A DNA stretch of 64,000 nucleotides, from contig DAOOUQ010000005.1 in the NCBI GenBank assembly GCA_035390825.1, positions 68,517 through 132,516 on the forward strand, in the 5' to 3' direction. The translations under genes and the position numbers were made by a program. The notes under the pieces are model-generated. The model was not told where the DNA came from, did no database searches, and saw nothing but the letters and a program-made list of their open reading frames with translations. This document shows positions 9,124-18,714 of the stretch, in pieces (the first letter of the stretch is position 1; the number at the start of each line of letters is the position of its first letter). The stretch comes from Bacteroidales bacterium (GTDB lineage: Bacteria > Bacteroidota > Bacteroidia > Bacteroidales > VadinHA17).

Positions 9124-9702
9124 CTAAACGGAACCCTTCAAACCTATCTCTTCTGCCACTTCGCGCATACCTGCTATACAGTCAGAGATGAGTTCATCAA
9201 GTGTTACCCCAAGCATGGCAGCTCCCTTTTCTATTACAGACCTGTCGACACCAGCCGCAAAACGTTTGTCATTCCATTTTTTCTTTACCGATTTTGGCTC
9301 CATGTCGAGAACGCTCCTGGTAGGCCTTACCAAAGCACTGGTAGCCACAAGCCCGGTCAGCTCATCGATGGCATAGATTGTCTTTTCAAGCCTGGTTTCC
9401 GGCTTTACATCAGAGGCCAGTTCCCATCCGTGCGACAAAACCGCCCTGATATATTCTTCAGGCCAGTTGTTCTCCCGGAGTATCTTCTCCGTCATCCTGC
9501 AATGCTGTTCCGGATACATTTCATAATCAAGGTCATGGATAAGCCCTATAATTCCCCATTTCTCCTCATCCTCACCGGCTTTCCGTGCCATATATCTCAT
9601 TACTCCTTCAACAGCCAGTGCATGTCTTGTAAGGCTTTCCGAATTGTTATACTTTCTGAACAGGGCAAAAGCCTGATCCCGGGTCGGTATATAATTGCTC
9701 AT
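9124..9702 (-). CDS. HD-domain metal-dependent phosphohydrolase (small stand-alone HD/HDIG protein)
   Basis: 192 aa with the motifs RHALAVEGVMRYMA and IGLIHDLDYE (H...HD...D). Confidence 0.7.
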   Translation of the reverse strand: MSNYIPTRDQAFALFRKYNNSESLTRHALAVEGVMRYMARKAGEDEEKWGIIGLIHDLDYEMYPEQHCRMTEKILRENNWPEEYIRAVLSHGWELASDVKPETRLEKTIYAIDELTGLVATSALVRPTRSVLDMEPKSVKKKWNDKRFAAGVDRSVIEKGAAMLGVTLDELISDCIAGMREVAEEIGLKGSV

Positions 9703-9721
9703 AAAAGGTTAATTGGATTAA

Positions 9722-9729
9722 CAAAAATA
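9722..9729 (-). promoter_or_regulatory. Bacteroidota -7 promoter box TATTTTTG (TAnnTTTG) for the HD-domain gene
   Basis: Exact TAnnTTTG on the minus strand, ending 19 nt upstream of the ATG at 9702. Confidence 0.45.
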
Positions 9730-9756
9730 CAGGAAGGGAGGAATGTATCAAAATTG

Positions 9757-12700
9757 TCACCGTTTTAATTTAATCAGAGGAATTGCCTTTGAAAAGCCGG
9801 TGCCGGTGATCTGAAGAACATACATCGACGGACTAATATTACTTGTGTTTATGGTAAGCTGGTTTTCACCTTCAGCAAGTTCCCGCTCTTCAACAAAGAC
9901 CTCTTTGCCGGCAAGATTAGCCAGGCTGATCCTTACTCTTCTGAATATCCTCGAGTTCACTGACACATTTAACTGTTCAGCAAAGGGGTTAGGGAAAACT
10001 GTCAGAGATTCTTCTATTTCATCATTAACAACTTTGATTTTCAGAGTGTCATTAAGCATGTAGTCATCTTCATTTTCATATCCGAATACGGAAATCTCAT
10101 AAATACCACCCAGATCCATATCCGCTTTTCTGTCAAAAACAACCGTGACCGAGTCCTGGTAAGGGGTGATCTTGTTTTTAAAGCTTTGTATCACAGGATA
10201 TTTGTTGTTAACTGAATATGCAAGGTTAAACCCGTTAAGCGTATCGGTTCCAACATTAAGTACTTTCACAGAAACGACTTCCTGACCATAAATCTCTTTT
10301 TGGACAGGAGTGATAATTCGGGCTACCTCCAGGTCCTTCTGGATATAGTTTACCCTTGCGGTTCCTGAGAAATCGATCAGGTCAATCCAGGCTGCATCAG
10401 CTCCCTGTGATACCGAATTATCCTTTTTATAGATCCATTCCATCTTATTATAGCCTGCAGGGACCGGAACAGACTGTTTTATCCAGTTTGTTTCACCTGA
10501 TCTCCTGACAATTTCTGATCCGTTCAGGTTAAACTGGAAATAGTCGTATGTAAGCTCAGAGGACACTTTGTAATAGAAACGCATTGTATCGGGTTCAGGG
10601 AAGAATGTTCTCAGGATAAGCGCAGAGCTCGAATTATGGGATATGCTTCCGGACCTGGCGGAAAAAACTCCGTCAAATGTATTGGCAGTAGAGATCACCC
10701 ATGGTTTTGCACTCAGGTTGATCCATGGAAATACCTCAAAGGAAGCAGATTCAAAGCTTTCCCTTATGCGTCCTACCCTGAACTGGAAATTCTTGTCAAC
10801 AATGTAAGGGCTGCAGTCAAGCCGTGTAAGAAATGATAAATAATCACCATGCCTGGCATTTTGCGAGAGTTTCACTGCAACCGGAATTGTCGAGATTTCA
10901 CCGAACTGAAGAACACCTGATTTGACATCTGAGTCAATTATTTCAAGCCTGGAATCCTGGCTGGATACAGTTATCCGACCCGATGTATTGCTGCTGCCGT
11001 TATTCTTCACCTGGAACACAAGATCGAATTCCTCTCCGGGATCAGCAACATTATTGTTATTTCCGTTGACTGAATCATCAATGACGCAGTTTAAAATTTC
11101 GAGAACGGGAGAATGAACGCTGAAATCAATCCTGTACTTTTTCTCTGTCGTTCTGTCACTGATTGTGAGATCGACAGTGATAATTCCCATATCGGGAACG
11201 TCATCAGCTATTGTAAGACTGAATTTGTCGCTGAGTGTGATTTCTGACTTGGGATCAAGAGTGCCTATCAAAGCGTTGTTTTTGTTTATTGTCACCCAGG
11301 CTGACGAAGATGAGATGGATGCCGACACGTCATTTGCCGCCTTCAATCCGAGGTTGCTGATCTTAACTCTCAGATTGACTGTTTCTCCGTAATCGGCTTT
11401 GTTATTGTTATTGCCGGCCGGATCATATATTCCGGAACCGGAAAGATTTATGAATTCGTCGTTAATGTCGGCAAAATGTACAGTCTTTATCAGCGGGATC
11501 CTGTTCTGGCCCGTGATGACCACAAGGCATGAGTCATTTGAAATTCCGGGCATGTCAAGCACAGCCGTGCCTGAAGGGCTGGCATGAGTTGCATCCCAAA
11601 GCTGGCCAGCGTGTGAAACAGCAACATATGAAAATGGATCAAGGGTCAGTGAAAGCGATTTTATTCCGTTAGGGAGCGTGTCAGGAATGGTTACGGTAAA
11701 TGGTTGCGGAATCCCAATATATGGTATCAGACTGGGATCTCCAAGTACTGTGTAAGTTTCCCAGTAATATTTCTTCTTCAGGGAAGAGGAAGAACTCACA
11801 GCCAGGTTACCGGCATAATTGACCTGCCCCAGAGAAATATACCAGTCGGATGGCAATTCGCCGTGCGTATGAAATAACCTGTCGTAAGCTCCGAGTCCTG
11901 TCGATGAATATTTCGGGTCGGGTCCCGGAGTGCCGGGGCCAACGGCCCATATAAAATCCTCGTCCCAGTATGAATCGTTTGAACACCCTATAAAGCCTAT
12001 TGCTCCCTTTCCCCTGGAAAGCAGCATTTTATTCCCGAATGACGTTGTGTCATTGAACTGGGCGGTCCTGCAGGCATTGCTTATGACGAAGGGATACATA
12101 TTCTGGTTTTTCAAGAGTCTTATATCAGGCGATTTAATGTCTACGTGAAGCCACCCGAACTGTGAGCCATGTCCGGTATAGTTTATGAAGGAGACTCCTT
12201 TTGTAATCAGCTTTAATATTGAATCCTTCTTTGTCGTGCTTTCAGGATAGAAAAAATGTCGTTCCGAAATATTTCCTGTTGCATTGAGGTAATTATTAAT
12301 GGCATATCTTATTTGTCCATTCATATAGCTGGCATAAGTAGCATCCTTGCCTGCAAAAACCAGGGCTTTTGAATAGAACTTATTGGTGTCGGCAAATTCG
12401 AATCTTTCGTATTGCAGTATTTTTTCAACTGCAATTTTCACTGATGTGGTATCCGGAGCCGGTATTCTTCCGATATACATGTCGGGAAGGTAATCGCTTC
12501 CACCGTCAGTCTCACCGTAATACATATCTGTGATATTGTCGGTACCGTAATATGGTATCCTCGATATATCTCCAATTATGAGAAGATATTCAGGAGCGTG
12601 TCCATTCGCCAGTGCCTCCGAATAAACCCTGGAAATAGCCTCCTTCATTTCAGAATATGTGGTACCGGTTGTCCCTTCCCCCCTGTAGAGGATATTCAGT

Positions 12701-13524
12701 TTAAACCCTTTTTGAGTTTTCCATTTATAAAATGGTTCAAGGCATTTTCGGAATGTGGTGTCTGTAAGTATTATCATTCCCACGGGTTCAGTGGAGAAAC
12801 CCGTAATAAGGCCGGCGGGAGAATAGTTCAGCACACCTTTTTCTAGTGTTTCACTAAAAAGGTCAGAGACTGAGGAAGGAGAGGGGTCTCCTTTATTAGT
12901 ACCGCCTGTAAATCTGATCTCTATGATCATGGAAGTAATTACTTCCAGAAGGTTTGCCCGGGGATTATACCTTACGGGTGATATAACCAGGTTTGAGATT
13001 TGTTTGCCTCTTATCCTGCCAAGAGTTTCGATTGAAACGGTATCTGATCCTATGGTTTTTCTGGCCGAATAGACCTTCCTGTCGAAAACAAATTCCGGTT
13101 CCCGCCCTTCCTGTTGTTTGGTTTCACCATGCTGGGCAGGATATAGAATTCCCTGAATATTATTCCTCGACGGAGTGATCTTTTGTGACTTTACGCCTGA
13201 TATTTTAACATGAACTGAAGCGCCATCCGGAATGGTGATGAGCCTGCTGAATACAGGAAGTTCGGGCTTCCCCGGATCACTTGAAAGAGAATGCCCCGGC
13301 ACTGCCAGCCTGTAGAATGATCCGTTCCTGTCCGTCAGGCTGTTAACGTAAAGCTCAGGTAGTGAATAATCAATGATTATCGTCCGGTCATCTGATCTTA
13401 TATTGCCTTTATGCAGATCGGCCCCGAAAATATATCTGTACCCGCTACCCGTCTGAGCGTTTGCAGCAATTGTGAACAGAAGAAATAAAACAGCGACTGT
13501 CTTTCCTTTATACCCTAAATACAT
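9757..13524 (-). CDS. Peptidase C25 (gingipain-like cysteine peptidase) with tandem CARDB-like domains and a T9SS C-terminal sorting domain
   Basis: The start is taken at the ATG at 13524; the track uses a TTG one codon upstream. It has a signal peptide (AVLFLLFTIAANAQ). C25 core motifs: YLLIIGDISRIPYYG, DMYYGETDGGSDYLPDMYIGRIPA, catalytic His in INYTGHGSQFGW and catalytic Cys in FVISNACRTAQF. There are two homologous about 100-aa Ig-like repeats (ADYGETVNLRVKISNLG... / ADPGEEFDLVFQVKNNG...). The C-terminus (LTVFPNPFAEQLNVSV...YVLQITGTGFSKAIPLIKLKR) is typical of a T9SS CTD. Confidence 0.8.
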   Translation of the reverse strand: MYLGYKGKTVAVLFLLFTIAANAQTGSGYRYIFGADLHKGNIRSDDRTIIIDYSLPELYVNSLTDRNGSFYRLAVPGHSLSSDPGKPELPVFSRLITIPDGASVHVKISGVKSQKITPSRNNIQGILYPAQHGETKQQEGREPEFVFDRKVYSARKTIGSDTVSIETLGRIRGKQISNLVISPVRYNPRANLLEVITSMIIEIRFTGGTNKGDPSPSSVSDLFSETLEKGVLNYSPAGLITGFSTEPVGMIILTDTTFRKCLEPFYKWKTQKGFKLNILYRGEGTTGTTYSEMKEAISRVYSEALANGHAPEYLLIIGDISRIPYYGTDNITDMYYGETDGGSDYLPDMYIGRIPAPDTTSVKIAVEKILQYERFEFADTNKFYSKALVFAGKDATYASYMNGQIRYAINNYLNATGNISERHFFYPESTTKKDSILKLITKGVSFINYTGHGSQFGWLHVDIKSPDIRLLKNQNMYPFVISNACRTAQFNDTTSFGNKMLLSRGKGAIGFIGCSNDSYWDEDFIWAVGPGTPGPDPKYSSTGLGAYDRLFHTHGELPSDWYISLGQVNYAGNLAVSSSSSLKKKYYWETYTVLGDPSLIPYIGIPQPFTVTIPDTLPNGIKSLSLTLDPFSYVAVSHAGQLWDATHASPSGTAVLDMPGISNDSCLVVITGQNRIPLIKTVHFADINDEFINLSGSGIYDPAGNNNNKADYGETVNLRVKISNLGLKAANDVSASISSSSAWVTINKNNALIGTLDPKSEITLSDKFSLTIADDVPDMGIITVDLTISDRTTEKKYRIDFSVHSPVLEILNCVIDDSVNGNNNNVADPGEEFDLVFQVKNNGSSNTSGRITVSSQDSRLEIIDSDVKSGVLQFGEISTIPVAVKLSQNARHGDYLSFLTRLDCSPYIVDKNFQFRVGRIRESFESASFEVFPWINLSAKPWVISTANTFDGVFSARSGSISHNSSSALILRTFFPEPDTMRFYYKVSSELTYDYFQFNLNGSEIVRRSGETNWIKQSVPVPAGYNKMEWIYKKDNSVSQGADAAWIDLIDFSGTARVNYIQKDLEVARIITPVQKEIYGQEVVSVKVLNVGTDTLNGFNLAYSVNNKYPVIQSFKNKITPYQDSVTVVFDRKADMDLGGIYEISVFGYENEDDYMLNDTLKIKVVNDEIEESLTVFPNPFAEQLNVSVNSRIFRRVRISLANLAGKEVFVEERELAEGENQLTINTSNISPSMYVLQITGTGFSKAIPLIKLKR

Positions 13525-13527
13525 CAA

Positions 13528-13543
13528 TGTTAATTAATTAACA
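13528..13543. repeat. 16-bp perfect palindrome TGTTAATTAATTAACA abutting the C25 peptidase start codon
   Basis: Read directly at 13528-13543. It is AT-rich and could be an operator or a chance AT palindrome. Confidence 0.3.
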
Positions 13544-13748
13544 CTGTACCTGAATTCTGACGGAAAGTTATTTAAAATTTCAATATTTCCCTGTAATTGT
13601 GTAACAATTTTGACAGGCTATTGTTTTTGGCATAATCTCTGTTGTTTTACCCCGGTATCGTTTCTCTGTTCAATTCTTCAAATAGGCTCTGCCGGTATCC
13701 TGTAGTAGAACAAATATTATTATCTTGGCAATCTAAAAGATATGTGCA

Positions 13749-14477
13749 ATGAGAAATCTAAGTTTAACTTTAATTCTTGTGGCTATGACTAGTCAGGCTT
13801 TTTCCCGGAATCAGCCGGAAGTTGACAAAATCAGCACTTCGGCTGGAGATGTTGAAATGTACTTCATAGGACATGGCTCATTGATGTTCAAAACCGGTAA
13901 CTTTATCATTCATATCGATCCTGTAAGGAGTTCGGGTAATTACGATAATCTGCCAAAGGCAGATCTCATACTGGTTACACATGAGCATTATGATCATCTT
14001 GATGCTGATCTCATAAGAACTCTCAGAAAACCGGAGACAGTGATGTTATGCAACAATGCCTCCCTATCGAGGGTTCCGTGGGCACAGGCAGTAAAACCGG
14101 GTGACACAATGACGACCGGAAGCGTCAAAATTGAAGTTGTTCCTGCCTACAACATCATTCATGAGCGATCGAAGGGCCAGCCATATCATCCGAAAGGAGC
14201 AGGAAACGGGTATATTTTGACAATAGGAGATAAACGGTTTTATGTTGCCGGCGATACGGAAAACATTCCCGAGATGAAAGACCTTAAGGGTATTGATGTA
14301 GCGTTTCTTCCAATGAACCTGCCATATACTATGACGCCTGCAATGGTCGCCGGTGCTGCAAATGAATTCAGGCCCGCAATACTATATCCTTATCATTATG
14401 GCGATACGAATACCGATGAGCTTGTCAGATTGCTTAAAAATACAAGTATTGAAGTCAGAATACGTAATTTGAAATAA
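13749..14477 (+). CDS. Secreted MBL-fold metallo-hydrolase
   Basis: 242 aa with a signal peptide (LILVAMTSQAFS). The HxHxDH motif (LVTHEHYDHLD) and downstream GDT / Asp-His ligand motifs are present. Confidence 0.75.
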   Translation: MRNLSLTLILVAMTSQAFSRNQPEVDKISTSAGDVEMYFIGHGSLMFKTGNFIIHIDPVRSSGNYDNLPKADLILVTHEHYDHLDADLIRTLRKPETVMLCNNASLSRVPWAQAVKPGDTMTTGSVKIEVVPAYNIIHERSKGQPYHPKGAGNGYILTIGDKRFYVAGDTENIPEMKDLKGIDVAFLPMNLPYTMTPAMVAGAANEFRPAILYPYHYGDTNTDELVRLLKNTSIEVRIRNLK

Positions 14478-15679
14478 TGACAAATATGAAGAACCTTAAC
14501 AGACGCGGATTTCTTAAAACAGGAATTGCAGGAGTTGCGGGTATTACTTTGTTACCATCAACAACAACACAATCATTGCCTCGGGGCTCTGATGATATAA
14601 TTTACAGAACCCTTGGAAGAACAGGGCTTAGAATCCCTGTTGTATCATTTGGGGTGATGAGATCCGATAACCCGGGTCTGTGCAAAGCTGCTTACGATAA
14701 GGGAATCAGGCTTTTTGACACTGCAAACGGGTATCAGAACGGAAACAATGAAACAATGCTCGGAAACCTTCTTAAAAGTTATCCCCGTGATACTTTTTTC
14801 CTTGCAACCAAAGTAAAAGCAGCTGGCATAACCAGGGATGGAGCCCCTACACAGGAAACCACTGCTGATGATTTCCTGGCTAAGTTCAGCGCAAGCCTTG
14901 CGCGTCTTCAGATGGAATATGTTGATATTCTTTATGTTCATGATATCAGTAATCCTGAAATGCTCGATTATAAACCGGTCGTGAATGCGGTACAGAAGCT
15001 GAAAAAGGATGGCAAGGCGCGTTTTATCGGATTTTCAACCCACAGGAATGAAGCCACTGTTATCAATGCTGCCGCTTCAAAGGGACTATGGGATGTTATT
15101 CTTACATCATACAATTTCCAGCAGGCGTACAGAAAAGAACTGGATGCTGCCATTCATAAGGCAGCTGGAGCCGGCATAGGCATTGTCGCCATGAAGACTC
15201 TGGCAGGAGGGGGATTTATGGACAAGGAAAAGACAAAGCCCATAAATACCACTGCTGCAATAAAATGGGTGCTTTCCAATGAGGATATCACCACGACGAT
15301 CCCGGGAATGACCCAGTTTGACCAGCTCGATCTCAATGCCCAGATCCTGAGTAATATTACAATGACTGACCAGGAAAAACAGGATATTCTCATTGCTGCC
15401 GCCGGACAAGGCCTCTATTGCTCAGGTTGTCAGCAATGCCTTGCTGCCTGCCCGAAAGGACTGGCAATTCCTGATCTCATGAGGGCATATATGTACGCTT
15501 ACGGCTATAACAACACTGCCCAGGCAGGAGAACTGATAAGGGAACTGGGATATGGAAATGATCCGTGTAAAGGCTGCACCTCGCATTGTACAGTTCGATG
15601 TTCCAGGAATTTTGATGTAAAGAGCAAGATTGCCGACATTTCAAGGCTCAGTGATGTGCCGGCTGAATTTCTTGCATGA
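14477..15679 (+). CDS. Tat-exported aldo/keto reductase with a C-terminal Fe-S (ferredoxin-like) cysteine cluster domain
   Basis: 400 aa. Its ATG overlaps the upstream stop (TAATG). Twin-arginine signal: NRRGFLKTGIAGVAGITLLP. AKR core: FDTANGYQNG, YVDILYVHD, IGFSTH. C-terminal cysteine motifs: CSGCQQCLAACP and CKGCTSHCTVRC. Confidence 0.8.
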   Translation: MTNMKNLNRRGFLKTGIAGVAGITLLPSTTTQSLPRGSDDIIYRTLGRTGLRIPVVSFGVMRSDNPGLCKAAYDKGIRLFDTANGYQNGNNETMLGNLLKSYPRDTFFLATKVKAAGITRDGAPTQETTADDFLAKFSASLARLQMEYVDILYVHDISNPEMLDYKPVVNAVQKLKKDGKARFIGFSTHRNEATVINAAASKGLWDVILTSYNFQQAYRKELDAAIHKAAGAGIGIVAMKTLAGGGFMDKEKTKPINTTAAIKWVLSNEDITTTIPGMTQFDQLDLNAQILSNITMTDQEKQDILIAAAGQGLYCSGCQQCLAACPKGLAIPDLMRAYMYAYGYNNTAQAGELIRELGYGNDPCKGCTSHCTVRCSRNFDVKSKIADISRLSDVPAEFLA

Positions 15680-15707
15680 TAAGTTTATCCTTTAATACCT
15701 GAAAACT

Positions 15708-16553
15708 ATGAACAAGCTGATTATTAGTCTTATGACTCTGTGCCTCGCTTCATTCTCATCAGTAGCTCAGGACATTACCTTCCCGGCACTGAAAGGATAT
15801 AAGATCAGAACCGACTATCCTGTTTATGTCAGGGAAAATCTGTGGGATTTCATTGATGGCGCAGCTGACAATTATCTTGCATATGGTTTTATTGATGTCC
15901 ATGTCGCAGAATATAAAAAGGGGAGAGCGGTCATAAAAGCCGAGATCTACAGGCACAGCGATAATACGATGGCATTTGGAATTTACTCTTCAGAACGTTC
16001 CCCGTCATTCCGGTTTGTGAACCTTGGTTCTCAGGGTTATATTGCAGACGGAGCCATTAATTTCTTCAAGGGAAACTATTATGTTAAAATAAAAACATAC
16101 TCAAAAAAGGAAAAGGTACTGCATGAAGAAGAAAATCTGGCTGCAAGGATTGCAGCCATGCTTCAGGGCGAAGCAGCAATGCCGCCCATGCTTTCATTGT
16201 TTCCATCAGACGGCCTGAAAAAAAATGAAGAAGTATATATTAATGAAAGCATCCTGGGGCACAGCTTCCTGAACAGGGGATTCAAGGCTTCGTATCAGGT
16301 TGGAAATGATGTGTTCAGCATTTTTATTATTGAGAGCAATTCTGCTGATGATGCCAGAAAGACTGCGGAAACATATATTGCCTCAACAGGTATTTCTCCC
16401 GTGGAAACGGCCGACAACAAGTTTGTTCTTACTGATGGGTATAACGGCTCAATTTTCCTTGCATGGAAAGACAGGAAAATTGTAATAATATCCGGGCTTG
16501 CAAAAGACCAGTCAGATATTGCCGACAGATATACCTCTGAAATACTGAAATAA
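15708..16553 (+). CDS. Secreted protein of unknown function
   Basis: 281 aa with a signal peptide (MTLCLASFSSVAQ). It is co-directional with and 28 nt downstream of the AKR gene. I recognise no motif. Confidence 0.5.
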   Translation: MNKLIISLMTLCLASFSSVAQDITFPALKGYKIRTDYPVYVRENLWDFIDGAADNYLAYGFIDVHVAEYKKGRAVIKAEIYRHSDNTMAFGIYSSERSPSFRFVNLGSQGYIADGAINFFKGNYYVKIKTYSKKEKVLHEEENLAARIAAMLQGEAAMPPMLSLFPSDGLKKNEEVYINESILGHSFLNRGFKASYQVGNDVFSIFIIESNSADDARKTAETYIASTGISPVETADNKFVLTDGYNGSIFLAWKDRKIVIISGLAKDQSDIADRYTSEILK

Positions 16554-16570
16554 TTGTATTGGAAAAAAGC

Positions 16571-18061
16571 TTACCGAAGGGGACCCGCACTGTTGGCCAT
16601 CCTGACCACAGAGATAAACAAAATCCGGGCAAGATCTTCCATTATCTCAGGTTTTATTATACCGGGGTTATCCTGGGGAACGTGATAATAATTCTCTGAA
16701 CCATATGTCGAAAAACTGATGGAAGGAACTCCTGCCCTCAGGAATATCGCTGCATCGAGGCGGGGCCTGCCAAGATTGGGAAATGAACTTGCATTGATCC
16801 TTCTGTGAACATACTTTTTATTGGCTTCTTCTATGAAATTATACATCAGCGGAAAATCGATGCCTGCTGTTGCACTTACAGAATGACCAATACCTACGCC
16901 GTCCATATTAAGCAAAACACTTTTTTCAAGTGGTACTGCCGGGTTCTTTACGTAAGTCCTTGACCCAAGAAGTGCCTGTTCTTCAGAACCGAAGGCAATG
17001 AAAACCACCGACCTCCTGACCGGGATCTTGTTTACAGCAAGAGCTTTGGCAACACCCATCATGACTGCCACTGCTGATGCATTGTCGTTCGCCCCGGGTA
17101 TAAGTTCATAACATTTGCCCATATGATCGAGATGAGCTCCGATGATGACGGCCTCACTGCTCAGTTCAGGATCCGACCCTTTTATTATACCAATGACATT
17201 GCTGCCTCTGCCATCGGGAAAATGTTTTGTGCTCATCCTGATTGTGACTTTTTTCCCTGTGTTAAATGACTGTGGCTTAAGGGTATGATTGATCCTTTCA
17301 ACGAGCTCATTATGAACCTTGCCTGTTCCGGCAAAGACATCCCTTACAACTGAGTCGCCGACATGTGCATAAATAAAGTTGTCATAATAGTCGTTGTTGG
17401 GATTTGCAATGGGGCCATAGTTATAAAGCATTCCTGCTGCTCCGTGTTTTAAAGCATTTGCGAGTTTATACTGATGAAAGGAATACTCATACCACGGATT
17501 GAATTTGTCAGGGCCTTCCGATGTTGAAACAGGAGCTTCCCTTTCAATCAGCACTATTTTGCCCTTTACATCGATTCCCCTGTAATCGTCGTAACCAAGC
17601 TCGGGAGCAGTTATCCCATAGCCGGCATAAACCACTTCGGCAGTAATCACTCCGTTGCCTGAAGTTGAGCCCGGCATATATTCGGTAACATATTTATAAG
17701 ATTTTAGAATTACACTCCCGTCCTTCAGAGTAAGATGCATTTCAACCCCGCAGTCAGGAAAGACAAGAGTGTATGGAATATTGAACCACTGGAACCATGA
17801 GCCGTTGTCTCCGGCCGGACTGATACCCCAGTCTCTGAATTGCCCGGCAAGCCATTGCGCGCATTCCTGGTATTCAGGAGTCCCGGTCAGCCTGCCCTGA
17901 TATTTTTCGTCACACTGAATGAGAACATATTGTAACAGTTCGTGGCTTGAAATCGAATGCATGGCATCGGTAAGAAGGTCTTCCTGCAGTTCCTGGGAAT
18001 TCAGGCATACAGGCAAGAGACACAGCAGAAAAAGAGAACGCAAGGCTTTCACGACCGGCAA
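16571..18061 (-). CDS. M28-family aminopeptidase with a PA domain
   Basis: 496 aa with a signal peptide. Zinc-ligand motifs: IIGAHLDHMG, ANDNASAVAVMMGVAKAL, FIAFGSEEQALLGS, ENYYHVPQD. Confidence 0.8.
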   Translation of the reverse strand: MPVVKALRSLFLLCLLPVCLNSQELQEDLLTDAMHSISSHELLQYVLIQCDEKYQGRLTGTPEYQECAQWLAGQFRDWGISPAGDNGSWFQWFNIPYTLVFPDCGVEMHLTLKDGSVILKSYKYVTEYMPGSTSGNGVITAEVVYAGYGITAPELGYDDYRGIDVKGKIVLIEREAPVSTSEGPDKFNPWYEYSFHQYKLANALKHGAAGMLYNYGPIANPNNDYYDNFIYAHVGDSVVRDVFAGTGKVHNELVERINHTLKPQSFNTGKKVTIRMSTKHFPDGRGSNVIGIIKGSDPELSSEAVIIGAHLDHMGKCYELIPGANDNASAVAVMMGVAKALAVNKIPVRRSVVFIAFGSEEQALLGSRTYVKNPAVPLEKSVLLNMDGVGIGHSVSATAGIDFPLMYNFIEEANKKYVHRRINASSFPNLGRPRLDAAIFLRAGVPSISFSTYGSENYYHVPQDNPGIIKPEIMEDLARILFISVVRMANSAGPLR

Positions 18062-18078
18062 TTTTAATATAATGTGGA

Positions 18079-18696
18079 CTATTGTAAGCTATCCTTTTCG
18101 AGTATCTGAGAAACAAGGTGTCTCAACTGCGAATAGGATGTTACTGCTTTTATGTCAGGGTTGTCATCAATTACGTTCTGCGGGGGTTTGTACAGGATCC
18201 CGAATTCTGCCTGACGGAGCATTGATATGTCGTTATAGGAATCGCCAATGGCAATTACCTTGAAATTGAGATCCTGGATGGCTTCCACAACTTTCCTTTT
18301 TGCATCATTCTGGCGCAGATTGAAGTCTGTTATGTTTCCGTCCTTGTCGATTGTGAGGTGATGGCAGAACAGTACGGGCCAGCCCATTTTTGCAAGAAGC
18401 GGATCCGCAAATTCGCGAAAGGTGTCAGATACAACCACCATCTGAACCTTTCCATGCAGCCAGTTGATAAAATCGAGCGCTCCCGGCATGAGTTCAAGCA
18501 GTGATATCACTTTCTGAATGTCGTTAATCGTAATTCCATGCTGTTTCAGGATTTCCAGCCTTCGCCTCATCAATGCATTGTAATCGCTTATATCGCGTGT
18601 CGTAAGCTTTAATTCGTCAATTCCCGTCCATCTCGCGACGTTTATCCACACTTCGGGGACAAGAACTCCTTCAAGATCACTGCAAACTATATACAT
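18079..18696 (-). CDS. thrH: Phosphoserine phosphatase / phosphoserine:homoserine phosphotransferase, ThrH type (HAD family)
   Basis: 205 aa. The N-terminus MYIVCSDLEGVLVPEVWINVA...TTRDISDYNALMRRRLEIL...VVVSDTF...AIGDSYNDISML is collinear with my recollection of Pseudomonas ThrH (ACLDLEGVLVPEIWI...TTRDIPDYD...ILSDTF...GDSYNDTTML). It lies directly downstream of thrC. Confidence 0.75.
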   Translation of the reverse strand: MYIVCSDLEGVLVPEVWINVARWTGIDELKLTTRDISDYNALMRRRLEILKQHGITINDIQKVISLLELMPGALDFINWLHGKVQMVVVSDTFREFADPLLAKMGWPVLFCHHLTIDKDGNITDFNLRQNDAKRKVVEAIQDLNFKVIAIGDSYNDISMLRQAEFGILYKPPQNVIDDNPDIKAVTSYSQLRHLVSQILEKDSLQ

Positions 18697-18714
18697 TTAA
18701 CTCTGTAATAATGA

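Noticed and set aside
9757-13524. Calling the C25 protein outright as the T9SS sortase PorU
   Set aside because: The architecture is compatible, but no porV-like gene is adjacent and I cannot discriminate PorU from cargo C25 peptidases by eye. It is kept as a generic C25 peptidase, with the question raised as a finding.
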